From Catajapyx aquilonaris (Eukaryota), in assembly GCA_000934665.2 (NCBI GenBank), contig JYFJ02001930.1:1-64000 (forward strand): a stretch of DNA of 64,000 nucleotides. Reading direction: 5' to 3'. Below are positions 13,228 through 22,200 of the stretch, piece after piece (within the stretch, counting starts at the first letter, position 1; the number at the start of each line of letters is the position of its first letter). The notes under the pieces are model-generated. The model did no database searches, had not been told where the DNA came from, and worked only from the letters and a program-made list of their open reading frames with translations. The position numbers were made by a program, and so were the translations under genes.

Positions 13228-16200
13228 GTTGCCCCCAAACCTCCTCAAGAGATTCCACCCTAAAATTAGTGCAAAAGATAATTCAATAGCTTTAAATTAA
13301 ATAATGATCGTAAATGCCAATTAGCTGCTGGTGGGCCAGTGCGCAACTCCCGGCCGGCCTCCGTCAGGATGGAGGGGTGCACGCCCCGCAGGGTTACTAT
13401 CCTGTTAGGTGTCGCAGGGAATGGCCTAGGCGACGGAAGTGTCGTAAGCAGTATCCGAAACCTCCAAGCTGGGATAATGCACTTTTTATTTAATGCTAAT
13501 TATCTCGGTAACTATGCATGAAAGACCCATGTTGCATATACTCAAAGTGATCGCCTAGAACCCCTCTATCATTGCCCATAGCGACGGTAGATTAAATTTC
13601 CGAACCCTGTATAGTGTATAATATGTATAGGCTACCATCATAAGCCTGGTATCCACCCAAGAGTTTCTCTTAACAGTGTCTTCTTGCGCAAAAAATCTGG
13701 TATGTCAAGACGGTCAAGACAGATGTATTTCAGCTCAGAGCCCCTCTGGCCCTGAGGAAGAGGGATTAAAGTTGAAAATTTTCTACTTTTTATTTGTTCC
13801 TCTGATCCGGGCATGAGTAGTTGGCTTCTCTGACAAGAGAAAGCTCTCGTGTGGATACTGGGCCCTCCTTATTCAGAATATTTTTCTGTATTTGAACTCA
13901 GCTATGTGACCCCAAAGTACAAATTTTCATCTCAATCCAGTGGGAAAGATATTTTGACTCAAAATTTCACGTTTTCTCTCATACCCACCCACACAGAGAG
14001 GGAGTGGAACATAATAAGAGCAGAAGTCCCCCATTAGATACATGCTCTACACAATTCTTTCCAGCCATAACTACACGTCTACACCCCCTACCCCCGATTT
14101 GGGCAGTGCACAAGCCTGTTGTGGTCATCCTGGTAAAACCCTGTAACTGCCAGCACCAACTTAACATTGTAGCTCTCATCTCTCAGGGTTCTCTGCAGTT
14201 ATGTTGCCCAGCTAGAATATCAGTGTGGTACCACATCAAGTTACCCAAATTATACAGTGTTTCAAGTGTAGAAGAACTTTCAATTATAAAAGATTTCATC
14301 CCAGACTGTTATTTTTTGTTATCTTGTTGCACCCCTAACAAGATGCACTATTCTCTAGAAACTGCTATATTCGACAACCTGCGAGTAATGGGGCATCTGC
14401 ACCGGAGTGCATCAAGCTACACAAAAATAACTACAGTAAAACTTCTATAAGTCGAACTTCCCGAAGTCGAAGAAAATTATGAGTTTGGTTGGTCACAATG
14501 TAAAATAATAGGAAATAAACTTCCCTAACTCGAATTTCTATAACTCGAAGTGCAGGCAGGGCCACGATGGGATATCAACGCACTTTCAGTCTCCCTAAGT
14601 CGAAGTTCACGTTGGCGAGTACAGAAAATTTTCTCATTTCCCAGCCAAAGGGCCGAGAGTAGGCCACACGCACAGAAAGGCTCAATTTCCTGATCTCAGT
14701 CTATCAGACGTACGGTACCGAAAGAAGTGCTTGACTCGATTGTGACAATTGAATCCTTGAATCTGTCCGCAACGGAGATTTTTTTTACAACAAAACAATG
14801 AGGAACATTGTAAGTGTGATAATGACAGTTATTTTTACGTTTTGAACACTTTTGTCGCTGGATATGAAGGTATAGAGTTCTGTGCTTTAAAAAAGCCAAA
14901 CTTCTCTAACTCGAATCTTCTATAACTCAAAGTTTTTTCCCGGTCCCATGGAGATTTGACTTATAGAAGTTTTACTGTACTTCGGCAATAATAGTGAGAA
15001 CTAAAAATGACCCACGAACTTGGAGCATCTTGTACATCACAAAGTGCATTACAACATACTGTTCATACTCCCACGCAACAAAGAGCTATTTTATAAGATT
15101 GACTTTCACCAGAGGTTAAAGAAATATAGTGGAAATGTGAAAATGCCCACACTGTCACTTCCAAGCATGGCATTGGAGTGTGCATTCAATTGCAGCCCAT
15201 AAGACTATTGAGGGCACGGTCTTACAGGTCTGGACACCCTCCCCCTTTTTGTGTGCACTTAGCTGATCCACCCATTGGCGATAGTAGTCCTACCCACAGA
15301 TGTACCCAAGCTGGGTGGCCCCGACCTGGCAGGAGATTCTGCCTCTCACATCATCCATCAGGATTGCTCAAGATCACCATTGATGAAAGTGATGTGAGTT
15401 CTTCAGAATTACCCGCCAGGATGCGCCACCCATCTTGGGTATGGATATAGTGCCGTCGTGGCAACCCACCTGGGTGGGGCAGAAGAGCTAAGCTCACAGA
15501 GGGAGCCACGTACCTGATATACAAGTGTCCGGGGACTGGTTGAGGGGGCGACGAGGGAAGGATGAGTCAACCACAAGACTTTGGTAGTTAGACTATAGAT
15601 ATGACAAATGTATTACATTGATTAAAAAGACTGAAGCCATATTGATTTTGCTTCAATGCAAAATCATCTCATCTTTTCCAGCGATATAGTACCTTTCATG
15701 GGATGAATTCTGGAAGAGGACCCTTTCCCCTAATTTTCACTTCTTCTGGGAGGTCACTTTTCTCCAAATTTACAGGGTAATATCAGTCCCCAGATCCAAA
15801 AAGAGAACATATACCAACTACTTCATATTGTCAAAGCTGTTTTCTTACCAGAAGTAACCTTGGACTTTTCCTCCGGATCATGATCTTCTGTGTCCATTTC
15901 TTCCGGCTCATCATCCTTGGCTGAAGACTTCTCTTCCTTGGACTTGCCTCTATCAGACTTCTCTGTGGTTGGTAGTGTTGGCACGTTTGTCTTTTCTAAT
16001 TCATCCCCAGTAGGTGGCTCACATTTTTCAGCTGATACCACTTTGTTTGTGGTACTCTCTTCTGTCGAAATATCTTCATTTTCAGCTAATGGTTTATGAG
16101 CTGTTAACTCTTCCTTTCCTGTCCGAGTCTTCGGGGGAACATTTCCCCCCTCAGAAGCCTTCACTGCAGACTCATCTACACAAATTTCTGCCACCAAGTC

Positions 16201-19200
16201 ATCTTTGGCAGATTTAACTGATGCGAGTGTGATGTCAGCATTTTCTTTTAAGGCCTCTGCATCTGAGGTTCGTTTTGGGGGACTGACGGCATCCAGGACC
16301 TCCTTTCCTTGAGGGTCACCTGACACGGGCTTGATCTTCTGCACAGTCCTCAGTGCATCATCTTGGGTATGGCCTATGTTCCCATCGGCCATCTGACCAG
16401 CTTGGATGTGGGACCCCCTCACATCATTGGATGGATCATCTTTCACCTTCTCCGGACCATCATCATTGCTGCGTTTCAAACCAGTGCTATGGTCGTCTTG
16501 TCCTGCCATGCTGGCTCCATCATTAATAGATCCTCGAATTTGCCATGGTCTTTCCTCCTTTCCCTCAAGGTTATCTTTAGGTCTTATATCCTTAGATATG
16601 TCGCTCTGACGACCCACCTTGCACTCTTGCACAGCAACTTGGGTGACTGCACCAGGTTGACCGCTGTCTGAGGCTGCATCCTTCCTGGCTTCTCCTTCTG
16701 AAGGGGGAACCTCAGCTTTCGGAACACCCCCAGTCGAGTTCTTAATGTCTGCACACGACATATCCGTAACCTTAAATATAAATGAGAAACATCACATACT
16801 TTTCAATGCATAATGATGCTGAGCTGATACTCCTCAGCCGTGACAGCATACCTCTCAGTATAATATCATCATCAATAAAGGTTGTGCTGCAGGATTGATC
16901 TGGTTGTGCACCACAAAAAAAAAGGATAGGTGTTTTACTCTGACTGCCGCAATTTTTAGAGGAGGCTGTTCACAGTAAGTTGAAACGTGAAACTCAGCTT
17001 TGTCCTCTCTGTTCAAGTACTGCAAAAATCTGCACTTCAAATTCTCAATTGTGCAATTTTTCTACTTTAAAATCATGATAGGCATCACCAAGAACGTCAA
17101 ATTATTTTTAACATGTCCAGCAATGATAGTGTGATGGATTGTGCTGAGAAGACAATAATTGTTATCTTGAGATTAGTAATGATATAAATGTGTCCAAAAT
17201 TATATCCTGCCAAAACCACGATCCCATTTTTTATCACCAATGACTAGGATGTTCCTGTACTTTTGCATCAAGCTTCTCCAGCAGAAGTTCAGTTTCATTC
17301 TCCCAAGTAAAGGCGGGTTCACACTAGCTGACGGGAGCATACGAAACGAACGGAACGGTATGACGGAACGAACGGAAAGAGGGGAAAGGTGTTCAGACAC
17401 AAAAGCGAGTGGCGTGGCTTTAGCCTCCGTATCCCGCAGCGCATGCGCTGTGCTTGAATTCTCGGAGAGGAAGCCGGATCTCCCTCGGGCCCTCCCTCCC
17501 TTCGGGCCCACGGTCATACCCTTCTCTTCTCCCATCTCCCGAGGCCCGATCGCCCTGGGTCCCGAGTCCCGACTGAGTCCTTCGTCCTGTCCCCGCAAGA
17601 GGCGCTGCTGGCTTTCCCTTTCACTTTCGCTCGCCACACCCCTACCGCTTTCCTGGCTCTTGCATTGGTGGATAGGTCCGTAAGCCTACGTATTCCGTGT
17701 CCGTCAAAAGTTGATTTCTCCCAACTTTTCCGCTTCGTAATCCCTTTCACTTTTCGTCATCCTCAAGTGGTCTCTGATTGGTCCACTCTTTTGGATCGTT
17801 CTTTTCGTATGCTCCCGTCAGCTAGTGTGAACCCCCCTTAACCCACATTACCAAATTAGCATGCTGAAGGGATTTCGGTTTTCAATTCTACCAGTCAAAA
17901 ATCCTTGTTCAGACAGAAAAGTTTTCATAATTACTAACTGGTCGTGGGAGGCATGGTGGTCTGGCGGTTACGCCACTGGCCAGCCAAGCGGGAGGCCGGG
18001 GTTCAAATCCCGTCCCCGTCACCTCTGCTTGGCCGGGTCTTTTTCCGCTTTTCATCCGACATGCCGGGGCAGAATTGCACTCCCTACTCTGCCCAGGGCC
18101 AGGAGAAAAGGTCTGGTGTATTTCAGAAAGTCAGAAATTACTATAATTACAGCGCCTCCCTTGGGAACCTCCCCTTCCTGCCTAAAAGGGCTCCGCCCTA
18201 TCACGGGGTTTAAAAAAATAAATAACCTAAAAGAAAATACTAACTGATCATTATTGCTTTTAGGAACTTTGTTATACATGATAACACTTCAAGTTAAGCA
18301 TCTCCCAAACCTATCAGTAACCTCGACCACTCCATTGCCACAATTCGCCAGTTGGGCCAATTCATGATCAACAGTAACACTTTTGTTTTTCCATCCATGT
18401 ACTTGAGGAATAAACACCATCATTAGCCCTTATGCTTCTGATCACATGAAAATGATAACAGTGCTTTAAAAACTTACTAAATCCATCATTCTGGTCGCTA
18501 TTCCAGTCAGCTGCAGACACCTAGTAAGGGAGATCGGGGTCGGTTGTAACACCTTTTCGTCTGGATTTTTAAATTCAATTACATATGCATTTAGGTAAAG
18601 GTTTATGACATGGTGGAAATAAGGCAACATTCCTCTATGTAAAATTAACTTTATCAAATCGTAAGATAAAAAATTGATAGATTTATAAATATTTTTCCAA
18701 GGCAAGGCAGAGTGTTACAACCAACCCCATCATAGGGGCAGTTGTAACAGAGGGCGGGGTGGATTGCAACACTATGTCTTGAAAATGTAATATGGAAGAA
18801 CAATTTACACCCACTCATCTTCTCGACAATTGTTTTTATAGCCTACTTGATCCACATAGATTGCTCTTTATCTCTCAATACACTGGAATTTATTCAGCAG
18901 AATAGTATTGCAAGGGAAAAGATTTTTTATTCATATAAATTTTCGACAAACTGATTATTATAAGAGGCTTTATTGCACAACATAATAACCGATAATAACT
19001 ACTTCTACTCTCAATATCCTGTGAGATATCTCGGATGCGCGGGAAAAAGAGCACAAGTCAAGCAAATAATTTATTGACTTACTCTCTTTTTCCCCCTGAA
19101 TCCGGGTATTGTCCATGAGGTGGATTAATAGTGGTGAATCCTCGGATTCGGAGGGAAAAAACCATAAGTCAAAAAATTGTTTTTTTGACTTGTGCTCTTT

Positions 19201-22200
19201 TTCCCCGAGATATGTGAGATGTGTAGCTGTAACATCTGTACACAGACTTGACCTTTCTCCTATGATTTTACCAAGACAAAAACAACTGTGCACATGATTT
19301 GGTCATCCATACCATCGGTGGGACCCCACTAAAGGAACCTTTCTCATGATACCAAGGGCAAAAATTCAATGTCACCTCTGCCCTTCACATAATCACTTGA
19401 TTACTGTCACTTACAAAGTTGGGAAAACACGTTGATTTTGGTTTATTGCATATAAAAGAACAAAAAACCAAAAAGGAGAAGCAGCAGTTTTGCCTGGCTT
19501 ACAGGCCATAGTGACACATGTGCTGTGTGAGTTTCAGCTTCAGGCCTTTCAAAACATATTTATTATTGCAGATGTTACGACCGTACCCTGCTACAACCGA
19601 CCCCGATCTCCCGTACTCATTACTTCAGGAAGTTTGTTGAATAGTGTAGTGTGAGTTGCACGGCGGTTGGTTTAGGGGTTCGACATCCCCCCCCATGAGA
19701 CGTCAGCCGAGAGGAGAGTAAAAAAATTATTACTGAAGTCCAGATTATTAGGCAAATGCCCAAAGAGTTGGGATCGTTTTGTGAAAATATCTATCCATTC
19801 CATAAGTGCAGGATGTGGAAAATGTAGGTTTTATAGTGCCTAAATTTGCCTATTAGTGGTCTTGTGAACTATTTTGCCTATCCTGGCATTTTGCGCCTTT
19901 TCCTGCCTATTTGGCCTTTTTTGGTGAGTTTTCGCACTTTTTGAAGCAATTTCGGGACTTTTTGGGCCTATTCCGAACCTATTCTTTCAGAAGCATGTTT
20001 GTTTCTTGCGGAGTATTTTTTGTGCTTCTGAAAGGACCAAAATCGTTCAGAAGTAATATGATCATACGAATCATGTTGCCGTCACTCGTATGAGCCGTAA
20101 GGCGGTTCCAATCAAGAAAATGAAGAAAAATATTTGGTAACATCTATAGTATAGATTCTATACTATGCAAGTGGAAACACGCTGTAAGCGGTGTACAGTA
20201 GAGTCCAGAGCAAGTGATACTTGTTTGAACCATGTGTCTTTTGCCCCAGTTTTATGATTTTCTGTCCAGTTTATCGTTGTTATTCGGTTTTTGCTCTGGT
20301 TTGTTATACATTTATACTTTAGGGCTTTACAATTTGTGTCTCTCTTTTCGATTTTATCCTCCTGAGACCCGGCGTCCAATATATTGGACATCTGGAAAAG
20401 TTTTTTTGGCGCCAACTAGTAATGCCAACAGAACTGTAATCTGTTGGTATCCCATGATTACAATCTGGCCTCAATAGGTGTAGCCACCTAGTGTCGAATA
20501 TCTGACTTGGACCGCGAAAATTAAATCGCTGATAAAATGGCGGATGCCGCTGCTGAAGCTAGGCGCTCATCTGATCAGTTTTATTTTTATCATCATATTT
20601 AGAGTGTGATTTTCGTCAATGTAGTGAATGTCCTGGGATTCACAAGGAATGTGCATTAGGAAATACGAAAAGATGTGTCTGTGACAATCTTTGTTGCTGT
20701 AGAGAACTGGTAATTTTCTTTTCTTTCTGAGACCAAATGCCCATTTAAATGGACATCCGAAAAATGGCAATTTTAGCTGAATGGGTGTGACTTTTCTTTA
20801 AGTGCCTGTACCTATACACCCATAAGGAAGTGTGCTTTGCATTATGCAGTTCAGTTTTAAAATCTAGAATAGCGAGGTACCATGCTGGGAGGTCAGAAGG
20901 GAAGGAGCAAGGCCCATGCCTGGAGTGGTGGCCTTTCAAATAATTTCATATTTATCTTTGTCTTCTGAGAGGATTTGCTACCATGAATTCCACAAATGAA
21001 TGTAAAAAACATTGTTTGGAGGTTAGAGCACTCTGTGAGTGATCAATTGAGTGGCATTTAACTTTTCAACATTTATCCGTTCTGCTTTTGTAGCAGGATT
21101 TGAGTCCTAATGTTCTCATAGGTTGTTTGTCATTATTTATTTCAATATTTTATAATTATAATTTTTTTCTTGTTTCTTATTGGGAAATGTTCAGAAAATG
21201 CAATAGGAACTGACATTGCGTTACTCAATTCTTCTCGGGTCTCAGGAGGTGAAGTAACATCCTCCACATGCCCAAAAAAGTAAACTTTGTGTGCTTATTT
21301 GAGGTTTTTTCGTGCCTATTTAAATGCTAATTTCATGGTTTTTCGTGCTTAAAAATTCGAACTCTAGTATGTTATACCTTATCCGTAATGAAAAGTAATG
21401 CTTTTGTCACCTTCTGCGTTACATTGATTGCTCTTGAAGCGTATGTCCTGAGTCCTCATTCCAGAATAGCAGTATTAATTTTGTATTACATTCTTAAATC
21501 CAAAATGTATGAGCGTTCTGTAACACCCCCCCTCCCCCATTTTTTTGCCTGGGTTGGGGTGCCTGGCGAATGCCCCCCCCCCCGGGTGAAAATGTCCTAG
21601 GTTCGCACCTGGAGAAACACCCCCTACACTGCGACGAAAATTACTATTATTCAGAGCGGATGATGTGAACATGGATGCGAACAAGCCCCAGTGCAAATAA
21701 GAAATGAATGGACCATGCCTACTAGATTTGAATTGGCGTTCCGCCACCAGATTTGCTGTATGTTGCCTGTTGGTTAAGTAACTAAAGGAACAGGCCAAAA
21801 GCCCAGCAACTAAAGCGATGCAACACCCCACCAAACTACTCATATGCCGATCTAAGGTCACAGGGCTCTGATGAAAAAAAAAAAAAACAAACGGAGTTGC
21901 AGTGGGGGGTAATTGTTCAGTTTAGAGGGCTATGACCTACAGCCATTCTCGTGATACTCACTATTCAACTAAGTGTCTAGATACCTAGTGCTGCCTCTTC
22001 CGAGGTGCGGAAGAGCTATTTCAGCGCAAACACCCGTGTAGAAGCGAAGTTACAGCGGTTTTCCCGATCCGCCTCCCTGTCGCCGATTCCGCTTTGGACG
22101 GCCATGTTGCATACGAATGGTAGCCCACTGCTCGATACTATTGCGGCCGATACGGTACTGTATATTCAAACGATACGAGTCAGTAGATTGTACGTACCTT

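Noticed and set aside
17200..17683. Overlapping 145-aa and 147-aa ORFs
   Set aside because: Chance ORFs in a GC-rich MITE interior with no recognisable domain
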